Assembly (NCBI RefSeq): GCF_963921235.1
Contig: NC_086118.1
Location: 27,344,001-27,408,000, forward strand
From: Mobula hypostoma
Taxonomy: Eukaryota
Length of the DNA: 64,000 nucleotides
Reading direction: 5' to 3'
Shown here: piece after piece, positions 1 to 13,048 of the stretch
Layout: the number at the start of each line of letters is the position of its first letter
Position numbering within the stretch: position 1 is the first letter of the stretch
Made by a program: the position numbers and the translations under genes
The notes under the pieces: generated by a model
The model's input: only the letters and a program-made list of their open reading frames with translations
Told to the model about the DNA's origin: nothing
The model's database searches: none

Positions 1-845
1 TTCTGGGAGGTTGTGACACTCAGAAACCTGAAGATCTCCACAGCAGACACAATACCATTAGGTATAGTGAGTGGGGGTGCATTGGGGGGCTCCTCCTGAA
101 GTCCATGTCTTGAGCGTATTTAGCTCCAGATTGTTCTGACTAACTCTTGTTTTTTTGACACTTGAAGGAAAGGTTGGTGTCATGACACTGTGTTACTAAT
201 CTCCCTTTCTCCTTCCTATCACCGACTCATTTGAGATATTGTCTAATGTAGTGGTATTACCTGCAAAATTATTATTGGAGTTCGAGCAGCATCTGGTTAT
301 GCAGTCGTGCTTTTAATTGCAGTAGAGTAGATGGTTGAGATCAGAGCCATGTGGGATGCCAGTGTAACGCCCTGGGAAAGGTTTCACTGCTAATGTAATG
401 GTTGTTCTATAGCAGCAGTGTTTGGGTTATGATTAGAGATAGCGGGGTCTTTGGAATGTGCGCCATCCAATGAAGGGAGTGTTTTTTTCTTGTGTGCCTG
501 AGAGCGAGTGGTTCAAGATCTTTGTTCAGCGGAAGATGGAGAGAGAAGATGCCAGAATGGAGAGGTCTTAGAATGCAGGACGGAGTGGAGCCAGGAGTTG
601 ACGACACCCGGGGGAAATCGATGGAGGACTAATGGGTGGGAAACCGTGAGCTGCAACATGTACATTAGATTGTTTCATTAAAATGGGCCCTTTTCATTTT
701 GTTTTTCTTTACTAACCCTCTAGTCAAATTAAGAAGTATAAAGCTAAATTATTTAATTGCATATGATGTACTGTTATTACATGGAACACACATCAAAGTT
801 GCTGGTGAACGCAGCAGGCCAGGCAGCATCTCTAGGAAGAGGTAC

Positions 846-881
846 AGATGACATTTCAGGCTGAGACCCTTCGTCAGGACT
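846..881 (-). ncRNA. Degenerate minimal hammerhead ribozyme in a PLE pseudo-LTR
   Basis: Minus strand reads AGTC CTGACGA AGGGTCTCAGCCT GAAA TGTC ATCT; the core is present, but helices I and III are mutated. Confidence 0.6.
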
Positions 882-1601
882 AACTGAAGGAAGAGTGAGT
901 AAGAGATTTGAAAGTGGGAGGGGGAGAGGGAGATCCAAAATGATAGGAGAAGACAGGAGGGGGAGGGATGGAGCCAAGAGCTGGACAGGATATGAGAGGA
1001 TCATGGGACAGGAGGTCCGGGGAGAAAGACAAGGGGAGGGGGGAACCCAGAGGATGGGCAAGGGGTATAGTCAGAGGGACAGAGGGAGAAAAAGGAGAGA
1101 GAGAGAAAGAATGCGTGTATATAAATAATTAACGGATGGGGTACAAGGGGGAGGTGGGGCATTAGCGGAAGTTAGAGAAGTCAATGTTCATGCCATCAGG
1201 TTGGAGGCTACCCAGACGGAATATAAGGTGTTGTTCCTCCAACCTGAGTGTGGCTTCATCTTTACAGTAGAGGAGTCCGTGGATAGATATGTCAGAATGG
1301 GAATGGGATATGGAATTAAATTAATTCCACAGAATTAATTCCAGAATTAATTCTTTCTCTCACTCTCCTTTTTCTCCCTCTGTCCCTCTGACTATACCCC
1401 TTGCCCATCCTCTGGGTTCCCCCCCCCCCACTGTCTTTCTCCCCGGGCCTCCTGTCCCATGATCCTCTCACATCCCCTTTGCCAATCACCTGTCCAGCTC
1501 TTGGTTCCATCCCTCCCCTCCTGTCTTCACCCATCATTTTGGATCTCTCCCTCCCCCTCCCCCTCCCACTTTCAAATCTCTTACTAACTCTTCCTTCAGT
1601 G

Positions 1602-1637
1602 AGTCCTGACGAAGGGTCTCAGTCCGAAACGTCGACT
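1602..1637 (+). ncRNA. Minimal type I hammerhead ribozyme (PLE)
   Basis: AGTC CTGACGA A GGG TCTCAG TCC GAAA C GTC GACT: CUGANGA and GAAA core, helix I AGUC/GACU, GUC cleavage triplet. Confidence 0.8.
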
Positions 1638-1887
1638 GTACCTCTTCCTAGAGATGCTGCCTGGCCTGCTGCGTTCACCAGCAACTTTGATGTGTGTTGC
1701 TTGAATTTCCAGCATCTGCAGAATTCCTGTTGTTTGTTATTACATGGTACTGATTTGTAACGGGGAACACATCACACAGAATCCACACAAACAAGAGGTT
1801 TTGCACATCAGAATTCACAAGTTTGGTGTGGCCAGAGACTGTCTTTCCTAGACTAATGCCGCCGGCCGAACCTGACGGTTACACCAG

Positions 1888-2470
1888 TGTCTAGAATAAT
1901 TGTGGCAGAGGTGTGTTGCTTATCCTTATTGAATGCAGTCTTTTGATCAGGAAGTCAAGTTTCTAGTTGCAGACGGAGATGTTGACAACCAGTTCTTGGA
2001 GTTTGGTGATGAGTTTGCTTGGAGGTTTAGCACAGAAGACAGAGCTTTCACCATTAACTGTTAGTGTAATGAGAGTGTCTTTACTATCCAGATGCTCCAG
2101 AGATGAGTTGGCCAAGGAGTTGGCATCCATCATAGATCTGTTTCAGCTGTGGTGACTTCCAATGGGTTGAGGTTGTCTGGGAGGCTGGAGTTAATGAGTA
2201 CCATTGAGCAGCCACTCGAAGTACTTCATGACAGTAAACATCAAAGATATGGGACAGTAGTCATTAAGGTTACTTTGTTTTTCTTGGGGATGATAGTGTT
2301 CTTAAAGCAGGTGGGAACTTCAGATTGAATCAGGGAGAGGTTAAAAATATCCCCACCAACTGATCTGCACAGGACCTAAAGACACGGTGAGGAATACCAT
2401 CTGGACCAGATGAATCCAAGGGTTCACTTTCCAGAAAACAGATCTTCTGTCCTCAAAGGTGTGGGTTCAG
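1888..2470 (-). mobile_element. Decayed Rex1/Babar(L2)-like LINE fragment (continues in 1-362)
   Basis: Minus strand near 2250-2270 encodes LNDYCP, resembling the LNDYRPVALT motif; heavily degraded. Confidence 0.45.
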
Positions 2471-3904
2471 GTGTATTAGGAGCTGTTGGGATGGTGGTGC
2501 ATATCAATTCCTTGCTTTTCAAATTGCTGAAAGAGTCTTAGATCTGTCAATAAGAAGCAAGACTCTTGGTGCACTATTTCTCAACAGACTACTGAGAACC
2601 TATCTGTTCTAATCCCATTTAACATCCCTTGGTCCCTTGGTCCCTTGGTCCCTCTAATCCCTTGGTCTATGACTTGACAATTCAAGTCCTCCTCCAGAAG
2701 TTCATTAAATATTGTGAGAGTATCTACTTACACTGCCTAGTTGGGCAGCATATTCTCCTTGTGGGGGAGGGGGAGGAAAAGAATAACTTCTCCGATCAAC
2801 TCTAATCTTCTTAATCCACTCTATCTGTTGCCTCTCATAATTCCAATCCCTTTCCCCAGTGTCCTCTTTTCCAAACTAAACAAACGCTGGCTATCCAATC
2901 TCTTAACTGAAATGTTCTATCCCAGGCCAATAGTGACATAGACATGTTGAATATTACTTTAAATCAACATTGTTAACTTTTGCAGCAAGGTATTTCTTAG
3001 TTATAAATACAAGTGATTCTGCAGATGCTGGAAATCCAGAGCAACACACACACAAAATGTTGGAGGAACTCAGCAGGACAGGCTTCTGGAAATGAACACG
3101 GTTGATGTTTCGGGCATGATCTTGCATCAGAACTGGAAAGGAAGTGTGAGGAAGCTAGAAATAGCCTTTTCTTGGTTATCTAACCTATCCTTGTCATGCA
3201 TGGCAAAGTGACCAAGAGGTAGATATTCAGAAAGGCTCTTCACATGTGCATCTTCCAGTGTTCTCTCAGAAAAGACTCAAAACCAAGAGGAACCATGTTC
3301 TGGGAGTACTGAGAAATTCCTTGACAAATAACTGCTTTGAAAGTTGCTTAGAATTCTCCTTACTCAAAAATTGAGTGCTTCATGCTTTTATCTGGTTGTT
3401 ATCCTATGCTGGGCAGAACAGCTATATATAGGTTTGCTTTTCTTTGATGACATCCGCTCCCTTTTGGTTTGCACAGCAGGCAGTAATAAACACACGGTTT
3501 GTCAAGCTGCCGAACATGACCCAGAAGGCCTTGCTAAATAGACGATGCACTCCTTTTGGTCAGTTTCTCAATTACAATAGTGGTCATAATCTTGTTTTAA
3601 AGATTAGTTTTGATTGCACTGGCTTCAAGTGCTTGAGTTTCCCTTACTACTACCTTTTTAATCAATAATACACTTGTTTCAAGACCCATTCCTGGAGACA
3701 CAAGCAAAAATTAGAGCTGACATGCCTGTATGGCTCAGAGAGCTTGTTACGATGCAATTATAGATAAGAGTAAGACTCTGTATGCCTTCTACACAGACAT
3801 AATATTCAACACTACTATTTCAAATTCAAGTTCAAGTTTATTGTTATTTGACTGTAGATATATACAACCAAATATACAACAAAACCTATATCACACACAG
3901 CACA

Positions 3905-4190
3905 TTTGGGGCACTACGATAGCATAGTGTTTAATTCAATGCTGTTACAGCTCAGGGTGTCAGAGTTCAGAGTTCAATTCTGGTGCTGTCTGAAAGAAGT
4001 TTATACATTCTTCCCATAAGCGTATGGGTTTCTTCCTGGTTCTCAAGTTTAGTCATACACTCCAAAGATGTACTGGATAGTAGGTTAGTTGGCCATTGCA
4101 AATTGTCGTGTGTTTAGGCTAGGGATAATAGGTCGGTTACTGGGTAGTGTGGCTCGTTGGGCCAGAAGGGCCTGTTATGCTTTGCACCTG
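3905..4190 (+). mobile_element. tRNA-derived SINE (V-SINE/HE1-like), decayed; a similar remnant lies at about 10330-10640
   Basis: Box-B-like GAGTTCAATTC followed by a V-domain-like TGGGTTTCTTCCTGGTTCTC...TCCAAAGA and a GGGCCAGAAGGGCCTGTT tail. Confidence 0.55.
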
Positions 4191-4499
4191 CAGATAGGTA
4201 GCTAAATAAATAAAACTAAATATTACCATAAATAAGTTAATAAAATATAATTCAAAGTGCATGTAGCGTGCATCACAGGTAAACAGTAAACAGAAAGCAG
4301 TACAGTAAAAATTAAGCAGCTTGCTGACCCAGTGATCATACCTCAGTGGCGGCAGCGGTGAATTGCGGAAGTTACTGTAACCAGAGGAATTGTGTTAGCT
4401 GAAGCGATGATGAAATGCACCCAGGTGGAAGATGAGATGCTGATCCTTGCTGCTGCTTTGGGTTCTTTAATAGTGCAGGGGGGCCACGGACAAACGATC

Positions 4500-5740
4500 G
4501 GGATCAGAATGAGAATCAGATTTAACATTACTGGCGAATGTTGTGAAATTTTTTCCTTTACGGCAGCAGTACAATGCAATACATAATAATAGAAAAAAAC
4601 AGTGAATTACAGTAAGTAAATATATACTGCACATATAACAGTTTAAATAAGTAGTGAAAAAATAGAAATAAAAAACTCATGAGTTCAATCCAATCTCTGT
4701 TCAGAAGTTGGAGGCAGAGGGGAAGAAGTTGTTCCTGAATCACTGAGTGTGTGCCTTCAGGCTTCTGTGCCTCCTTCCTGATTGTTGCAATGAGAACGGA
4801 GCATATTCTGTGTGATTGTGGTCCATAATGATAGATGATACCTTTTTGAGGATGTCCTGGATACTATGGAGGCTAGTGCCCATGATGGAGCTGGCGAAGT
4901 TTACAACTCTGTGCAATTTACTATGATCCTATGCAGTAGCACCTCCATATCAAACTCTCCATGATACATCTGTAGAAATTTGTGAGTGTTTCAGGTGACA
5001 TACCAAATCTTCTCAAGCTCCCAATGAAATATAGCTGCTGTTGTTGGGTCTGTACAACTACATACCAATTATGTAAAGGGAGGGGAGGTTAACTAGTGTA
5101 TTCACATTGCACAGAGAGAGAGAGAGAGGGAGAAGAGGTCAACGTGCATGCATAGACAACAGATCAATGCTGACAGGTAAGTTATCAGCCCATAGGCAGT
5201 GCCAAGGGTAGTCATTACTCTGAAAGAAGTAGATCCATACGTTATAGCTGTCGTGCCTTCTTTGTACCTGTATAGATATGTTGTGTCCAGGTTAGATCCT
5301 CAGAGATATTGGCACCTCAGAACTTGAAATTGTTCACTCTTCCACTTCTGATCCCTCTATGAGAGCAGGTGTGTGTTCCCTCACCTTACCCTTTCTGAAG
5401 TCCACAATCAGTTCTTTGGTCTTACTGACGTTGAGTGCAAGGTTATTGCTGCGACACCACTCAACTAGCTGGTATATCTTGCCGCTGTACACTCTCTTGT
5501 CACCATATTGAAATTCTGCCAACAATGGTTGTATCAAATTTGTAGATGGCATTTGAGCTTTGCCTTGTCACATAGTTATAGGTGCAAAGAGAGTCGAGCA
5601 GTGGGCGAAGCACACATCCCTGAGATGTACCAGTGTTGATTGTCATTGAGGTGGAGACATTATTTCTAATTCGCCCAGGTTGTGGTCTTCCACTTAGGAA
5701 GTTGAGGATCCAATTGCAGAGGGAGATATGGAATCCCAGA
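4500..5740 (-). mobile_element. Rex1/Babar-like LINE 3' fragment(s)
   Basis: ORF 5334-5552 encodes WCRSNNLALNVSKTKELIVDFRK, typical of this RT C-terminal region; (GAATCA)-type tail near 4500-4520. Confidence 0.65.
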
Positions 5741-8420
5741 TATGATAAGTGTGGGAGTGTGAAGAGTAATTAGTGGCAAACGATTGAAAGCTCAGAGTCA
5801 CCGTTATGAACTGAATGCAGGACCTTTTCATTCCAGTCATCCGATCCGCATTTGGTTTTTCCAATGTAGAGAAGCCCACATTGTAAACACTGAATATAGA
5901 TCACTAGACTGATATTTCATTTTGCAAGTTTCTGAGCAGACATTCATTCCATTTGCTCTATGTAAACAGTTAACCATAATGCATGATGAAGGTATTATTC
6001 CACACTTTGTGGTAAGATTCTATTATTAACTTGCGTTTTTGTTTTTAACTCAGTTGAAGTTATTTTGCTTGTTTGGATGTGGCGGTTAACAAGCTGGATT
6101 ACATATGTTTTCATTTATTGAAGGCACCATTGGTGAATTTTCATTTCTGACTTCAAATGAAATAGAGAATGAGGAAAGGAAATAGGCTGGTGAATGCAAG
6201 TCCATTAACACGCAGAGAGCATTTGCGCTCATTTGTATTCTAGCCAACCCAGTGAATCCTTTGGTAATGGATAATGTCTCAAAAGGGAATTCTCCAAGGA
6301 AATGACCATGCTTGTGCTTAATTTTTAGGGCTTTAATTTAAAACCTTCAATACTTGACCTATGAGGGTGAAAGTAATTGCATGCTTTTTCCTGCATAATA
6401 TGCTTGAAAAATATGTAGAAAACTGCATTTCGATTGACTCTTGGATGTTCTAATAAATACACTAATTCTATTCTCTTCCACTTATACCACTCACAATTGA
6501 TTTCATCAGCTATTAGGATGGATAGAAATGAAAAAAAAAATATTTTTCAAACATGTAAGACAAATTAACATGTTAACTTAGAAGTCCAAAATTTTGAATT
6601 ATTCAGAATATTTTGAATTATTTAACAGTCCTGAATTATTGCATTGTGCATTTTAATCAACCTGTAACTCATTGGGCAAACAAATGTGTAATTAAAATAG
6701 CAGACTATTGGAGAGGATATTTTTGATTAGAAATGTGTGCCAATTGAGTTGAATTTATTCTTTTGTGTTCCAGAAAAGAATTACTTTGAACTTCATGACA
6801 ACTCTCAGTTGATCCTTAAGGGCTAAGAACCATTACAACAACTGAGAAGTTCCTTTAACGAAAGGTACTAAAATGCCAAATAAATAAATGGAAAATTAAT
6901 ATTTTAAAGAGCAGAGTTTCAGCCAAACTTCAACTTTCACCTCTTGATCCTGTTCCGATTGCTTCAATAAACATCCAATGGTGTTCAAGAAAATTTAACT
7001 TTAATATCCAAGTTTTGTCATTTTATTTTGTCAATGCTTTGTTAATAGTCTAACCTTATAATGAACCTAGAGTCTCCTATGGTACTGTATCCTGATATAA
7101 TTTCTATCCATCTTAATAGCTGAAGAAATTGCTTGTATGTGTATCCTGTTCCTGGTTTTCTAAGTTGCTCAGTTTGGAGTAGTGTTGATCTGTCCTGCGA
7201 GTCATTGCAATAAGATGGGCCAGAGTTTACCCTGTCCTTTCACTGTTGCTAAAAGTATAAATGCTGTCCATGTAAAGGAGGCAATAGTATGAAATTGGCA
7301 GGATAAACTAATATTTTCTTCTTATGTAAGGTTAGGATTTGATGCTGCCTTTTATTGTGCAAGTTATGCTCACCAGTTGAAAATTAAAAGCGCTGAATAG
7401 TCTACTCCTGATATCCCCACAACGTTGAGCAGGTTTTGGGTTGCAACCCAAAAAGATCCGATGTGTCCCAGACAGAGAATGGTGGTCTCTGTTAAGGCTT
7501 GCTCTTGTACAGTTCAAAGACTGGCAGAGTGAATTTCTTGAACCCTGTAGAGGTTAGCTCTAGCGCTTCTTTTAGAAGAACTTTTGCCTGATTGACAAGT
7601 TAAAGCAATGATGCACAACATCTTGTTTGTGGAAAGTTTTCAACATTGGAGATTTGTGTCTGTGCACCTTCAGTGAGTAGTAACGCCTCTGCATTTAGCT
7701 GGAGTAAGTTTCTGACTGGCAAGATCTCTCACCGTGTAGAGCCTTCCAACTGTAAATGACACCCTTGGCACATGTGGGTAAGTATATCAAAACTCTTTAT
7801 AGTTTTAACTTTTAAATTATTACTAAAAATTTTGATGACCTAAATTTTAAACAAAATGTGATGTAACCTAATGCATGATTTGTCCCCAAGACTACTGGCA
7901 AAAATCAGGAAGTTGGTGCTCTGCCTCCAAAGGTTCGAAGGTCCAAAGGTACAATTTAACGTCAGAGAAATGTATACAATATACAACCTGAAATGCTTTT
8001 TCTTCGCAACCATCCAGGAAAACAGAGGAGTGCCCCAAAGAATGAACGACAGTTAAATGTTAGAACCCCAAAGTCCCCCCAGCTACCCTCCCTCCCGCGT
8101 GTAAGCGGCAGCGAGCAACAATCCCCCTCCCCCACCAGCAAAAAATAAAGCGCACCCGCTACCAGCACTCAAGCGTGAGCAAAGCAATAGCAAAGACACA
8201 GACTTGCAGTTACTCCAAAGACTACATTGTTCACCCGATAATTCGACATGCTGCAGGCGCTCTCTCTCCTAATAAGGGAGAAAGAGGTGACTCCATTTTC
8301 CAACGAGCGGGGAAGGATAACAAACAACTCCAGCCTCCAAAGTTGCCACTAAGAAACAACTTAAATTGTTATTGTTGCTCTCACAAGGCTTGGAAGCTTT
8401 CAGATAGGGAATCTGATTCA

Positions 8421-9800
8421 TCAGTGGTGGGGAAGCTACTAGAGTCAGTTATCAAGGATGCGATAACAGCACATTTAGAAAGCGGTGAAATCATCGGACA
8501 AAGTCAGCATGGATTTGTGAGAGGAAAATCATGTCTGACGAATCTCATAGAATTTTTTGAGGATGTAACTAGTAGAGTGGATAGGGGAGAACCAGTGGAT
8601 GTGGTATATTTGGATTTTCAAAAGGCTTTTGACAAGGTCCCACACAGGAGATTAGTGTGCAAACTTAAAGCACACGGTATTGGGGGTAAGGTATTGATGT
8701 GGATAGAGAATTGGTTGGTAGACAGGAAGCAAAGAGTGGGAATAAACGGGACCTTTTCAGAATGGCAGGCAGTGACTAGTGGGGTACCGCAAGGCTCAGT
8801 GCTGGGACCCCAGTTGTTTACAATATATGTTAATGACTTGGATGAGGGAATTAAATGCAGCCTCTCCAAGTTTGCGGATGACACAAAGCTGGGCGGCAGT
8901 GTTAGCTGTGAGGAGGATGCTAAGAGGATGCAGGGTGACTTGGATAGGTTAGGTGAGTGGGCAAATTCATGGCAGATGCAATTTAATGTGGATAAATGTG
9001 AAGTTATCCACTTTGGTGGCAAAAACAGGAAAACAGATTATTATCTGAATGGTGGCTGATTAGGAAAAGGGGAGGTGCAACGAGACCTGGGTGTCATTAT
9101 ACACCAGTCATTGAAAGTGGGCATGCAGGTACAGCAGGCAGTGAAAAAGGAGAATGGTATGCTGGCATTTATAGCAAGAGGATTCGAGTACAGGAGCAGG
9201 GAGGTACTACTGCAGTTGTACAAGGCCTTGGTGAGACCACATCTGGAGTATTGTGTGCAGTTTTGGTCCCCTAATCTGAGGAAAGACATCCTTGCCATAG
9301 AGGGAGTACAAAGAAGGTTCACCAGATTGATTCCTGGGATGGCAGGACTTTCATATGATGAACGACTGGATGAACTAGGCTTATAGTCGTTGGAATTTAG
9401 AAGATTGAGGGGGGATCTGATTGAAGCATATAAAATCCTAAAGGAATTGGACAGGCTAGATGCAGGAAGATTGTTCCCGATGTTGGGGAAGTCCAGAACG
9501 AGGGGTCACAGTTTGAGGATAAAGGGGAAGCCTTTTAGGACCGAGATTAGGAAAAACTTCTTAACACAGAGAGTGGTGAATCTGTGGAATTCTCTGCCAC
9601 AGGAAACAGTTGAGGCCAGTTCATTGGCTATATTTAAGAGGGAGTTAGATATGGCCCTTGTGGCTCAAGGGATCAGGGGGTATGGAGGGAAGGCTGGCAC
9701 AGGGTTCTGAGTTGGATGATCAGCCATGATCATACTGAATGGCGGTGCAGCCTCGAAGGGCCAAATGGCCTACTCCTGCACCTATTTTCTATGTTTCTAT
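8421..9800 (+). mobile_element. 5'-truncated CR1 LINE (ORF2 RT with nonsense mutations)
   Basis: [31 protein letters not shown] and LVRPHLEYC motifs; 3' TTCTATGT-type tail at about 9787-9800. Confidence 0.95.
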
Positions 9801-11282
9801 GTTAGAAGGTAGAGGCCTACAAAATAGGTGGATTGAAAGAGTTGATAACGTTGTCGGAAAGTATGGTCTGCGTGACCTGTTGTGGACAATCATTTTGGCT
9901 TTTATACCCTGGGCGCATTCTAGAACAGTGTGTCTTTGTATAAATATTGGTACTGTTGTTCAGACTGTGTCTACCTTAAAGGTACAAGCTGATTGTTGAA
10001 TCATTTTTTAAAATTTTTCTTCTGATGTTAAAAATACTTTCTGCTCCAGAGTTTTTTGCTCCAGATGGAGCATCGTGATGGGATCTCGTTTAGATTAGTT
10101 CAGGTCAGCTCACCCTTTTAATCGGAATTCCCATATATAAGACATGCAAACTTCATGGTGACTGATTATCAACAATGCTTGCTGGAGGCAGAAGCATGTG
10201 CTATACCCGTTTTCCGCTCATTAGAAATGTGCACCTCTCAAACACTACTTTCAAGACTCACAGCAGGAACGCTCTGAATCTTTTTTAGCCATTCTTTTAC
10301 GTTAGCCTTAATGACAAGAGCACAAACATGGAAATGGACAGTATAGTGCGCAGCTGTTTCATAGCTCTGGGGCCTAGGTTGTACCTGATTTGTCTGTGTG
10401 GAACATACACATTCCCTATGTGAGCACGTGGGTTTCCTTGGGATGCTCTAATTTCATCCCACATCATAGATGTATAGTGGTATGTTACTCAACCATTGAG
10501 AATTATCTCTTAGTGGAGGTCAATGCCAGGAAGAATCTAAAGGCATGTGAAAGAGAGCAAATTGGAAGGTTACAGGGGAAATTGGACTAATGATTTGTTC
10601 CAGAATGGGCTTAATGGGCTGAATGTTCTTTATTGCATCATGATCATAAAAGATAAGATCAGGTGGCTTGTGTGGGAAGAGTTTATGTTTCAGGTCAGTG
10701 ACCTTTCAACAGAACTGGAAAAGTGAGGAAACAAGCATGTTGTTAACTTACAGGGAACATGGAGTGAACAAAGTGAATGGGACCTGAAGAAACATGGTGG
10801 TTGACGGTGGCTGAAGTTACAGAGAGTGATCCAATGTGGATGGAAAGTGAGGGGAATGCTACCCTTGCTTTGATGCAAGGAGCAGGAGCGAGAACAATAG
10901 TGATGGATCCTTGGAAGCCGGGATAATGGAATTGAGCCCTTACAGTAGGCAGGACAGGAGGACTGTAGTCACCATACTGCAGCAGCGGGATTCTGATCAC
11001 CAACCAATCCCCTCAGATGGTGATAGAGAATTCAAGAAGAAGCATAAGATAAGGATCTCATAAAACTGGGATTTATGTGAAGATCTGCAGCAAAGGTGAT
11101 GAAACTTCTGAGTTCTATGTGAATGCAGAAAGAGTCATCACCAATGTAATCATCAACATTTCAGGAAAAAGAAGTGAAGATGTGACTAGGGCTGAAACAT
11201 GGACTGTGTTCCACATACCCTTCCAAACAATAGGCATGGTCATGTCATTTCCCACTCTTGCACTTTTGATTTGGAGAAAGTG

Positions 11283-11511
11283 TGAAGCACCTTCAATAAC
11301 TCCAAAAGACTGAAGTTGGATAAAATACTGAAAGGCTTTTATTCGCTGTACAATATAACCTCCATGCTGAGTGTCTGCCCCCAGACTGAGGGGGAGAGGC
11401 AAGGCAGAATCACCTTTATTCAGGATTCTGTGGGAGGAGCCACAGGGGAAGTCAGCAGTGGGGCGTGTCCAGACAGTTAACCCAGTTACAACATATATTT
11501 GGTTTACCACA
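11283..11511 (-). mobile_element. Short solo LTR (229 bp)
   Basis: TG...CA ends; exact 5-bp TSD AAGTG (11278-11282 and 11512-11516); AATAAA on the minus strand. Confidence 0.7.
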
Positions 11512-12434
11512 AAGTGAGTGGAGTTAAAAGATGCGCAGAAATGCAAATTTGCTTTTGAAGGTGCATTAGAGTGCGATCTTGACTTAATTATATAGGAGTT
11601 GTCCACATGCTATTGCTGACTCTGCCTGCATAGGTGTGCCAACTTATGCACAATATGCAGCTCTTTCTTTCAATGTCTCTTAAATATATGTTAAATAATT
11701 TAATTTACTATTGGTGTTATCGGTAACAAAACCAATCTGAAGCAGAAATTGTTCTGCTAAAGCTAATCCCTAAACAATTCCATTAACAAATACTTAAATC
11801 AGCATTCATAACTGCAGCACTAATCCAGATGGGAATCAACTCCCTGATTTGATCCAGCTTAGTATAGACATTGCAGTTTCCAAATTAATCAATATTTCAA
11901 ACATTGATTATCTACGTCAATGTGCCCGGTCACCCTGAAAAATTGCGCTGTAACTTCTGAACGCAATTCTTTGAAGCAGCATCAGGCTTTCTTAACAGCT
12001 TCCCAATTGAAGCTATGCTTTACAAAGCTAGATATTTTTGTTAAATATTCTACAAAAGGTAATAACACCAATGAATGAGTTAGCTGTAACCACTAACTGA
12101 TATTGGAATGTTTAAATTTTAAGACTATAGGTAAGAGGCTTTTTTTGTCAGCAGCATTGCTGGTATAACAGCAATGACTTGGCTTATCAAATACAGTACT
12201 GAACTGATACAGGATATACTAATATTAATAATATTTACTTTCAGTCTACTTTATGATAAGTAACTTGTAAAATTGCACTTTTGTGTTACTTCTGTGCCAT
12301 GTACCACAATAAAAAGTGATTTGATTAACAGGTTCTTTATCTCTGCATTGGGACAATTTTCACAAGCAGAAATTGTGTTAGCCGAATTGATAAAATCGAG
12401 TACAAACAAACCAGGTCTTAGAAAACGTTGTGAA

Positions 12435-13048
12435 GATTATTAGATTATTAGATTATGAGGACACGCAGTCCTCTTTTTATTGTCATTTAGTAATGCATGC
12501 ATTAAGAAATGATACAATATTCCTCCAGTGTGATATCACAGAAACACAAGACAGACCAAGACTGAAAAACTAACAAAATCCATATAATTATAAGATATAG
12601 TTACAACAGTGCAACAATACCATAACTTGATGAAGAACAGGCCATGGCACAGTAAAAAAGTCAAAGTCTGTCGAAAGTCCCACATCTCACGCAGACGGGA
12701 GAAGGAAGGAAACTCTCCCTGCCATGCCCGACCACAGTCCGACTCTGAGTCATCCGAAAACGTCGAACTCTGTTCAGCCCTCCGACACCGAGTACCGAGC
12801 ACCATCTCTGCCGAACGCTTTGACCTCAGCCTCGGTCACCAGCAGCAGGCAAAGCCGGGGATTTTGGGGCCTTCCCTCCTGAGATTCTCAATCGCGCAGT
12901 AGCAGCGAATTTCTCCAGATTTTCCTCTGCTTCTCACATCTGTCTCCATCAAATCAGAATTGTGCACGGCACCTATTTAACAAATACGATATCATTTCAC
13001 CAGAGAGCTGCGCGCGCTGCGTCACGCTGCCATCTTCTCCTCCCGCCG
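12435..13048 (-). mobile_element. Short non-autonomous LINE derivative (Rex/L2-like ends)
   Basis: Tandem tail (GATTATTA)n plus a minus-strand AATAAA at one end; GC-rich GGAGAAGATGGCAGCG head at the other; no RT ORF. Confidence 0.45.

Larger units (their letters stand above)
785..1734. mobile_element. Penelope-like element remnant with inverted pseudo-LTRs (minus arm 785-1320 includes the GIY-YIG C-terminus; plus arm about 1352-1734)
   Basis: The arms are reverse complements of each other and match the 3' ends of the PLEs at 29.6-30.0 and 35.1-35.5 kb; 13-bp TSD TGTTATTACATGG (772-784 and 1735-1747). Confidence 0.9.
363..1883. mobile_element. Solo LTR (Gypsy-like), interrupted by a Penelope insertion
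   Basis: Termini TGTAAC...GTTACA; 4-bp TSD CCAG (359-362 and 1884-1887); about 560 bp once the PLE is removed; flanked by a decayed Rex1/L2-like LINE. Confidence 0.75.

Noticed and set aside
777..1760. Recurrent ORFs of the type MPILWVPP...SPDEGS.PETS
   Set aside because: These are translations of the pyrimidine-rich PLE pLTR; the conserved PDEG..ET reflects the hammerhead core, not a protein.
2625..2668. (CCCTTGGT)n short tandem repeat
   Set aside because: A local microduplication inside a decayed CR1 tail, with no further structure.
7330..7790. Possible host exon ending at GG/GTAAGT (about 7777)
   Set aside because: In the part I translated (about 7600-7780) all frames on both strands hit stops and no protein was recognisable. 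A non-coding or UTR exon cannot be excluded without RNA-seq.
8175..9059. 294-aa ORF as a novel RT fusion protein
   Set aside because: The N-terminal ~80 aa is antisense repeat or flanking sequence with a GTG start, in frame with a truncated CR1 RT by chance.
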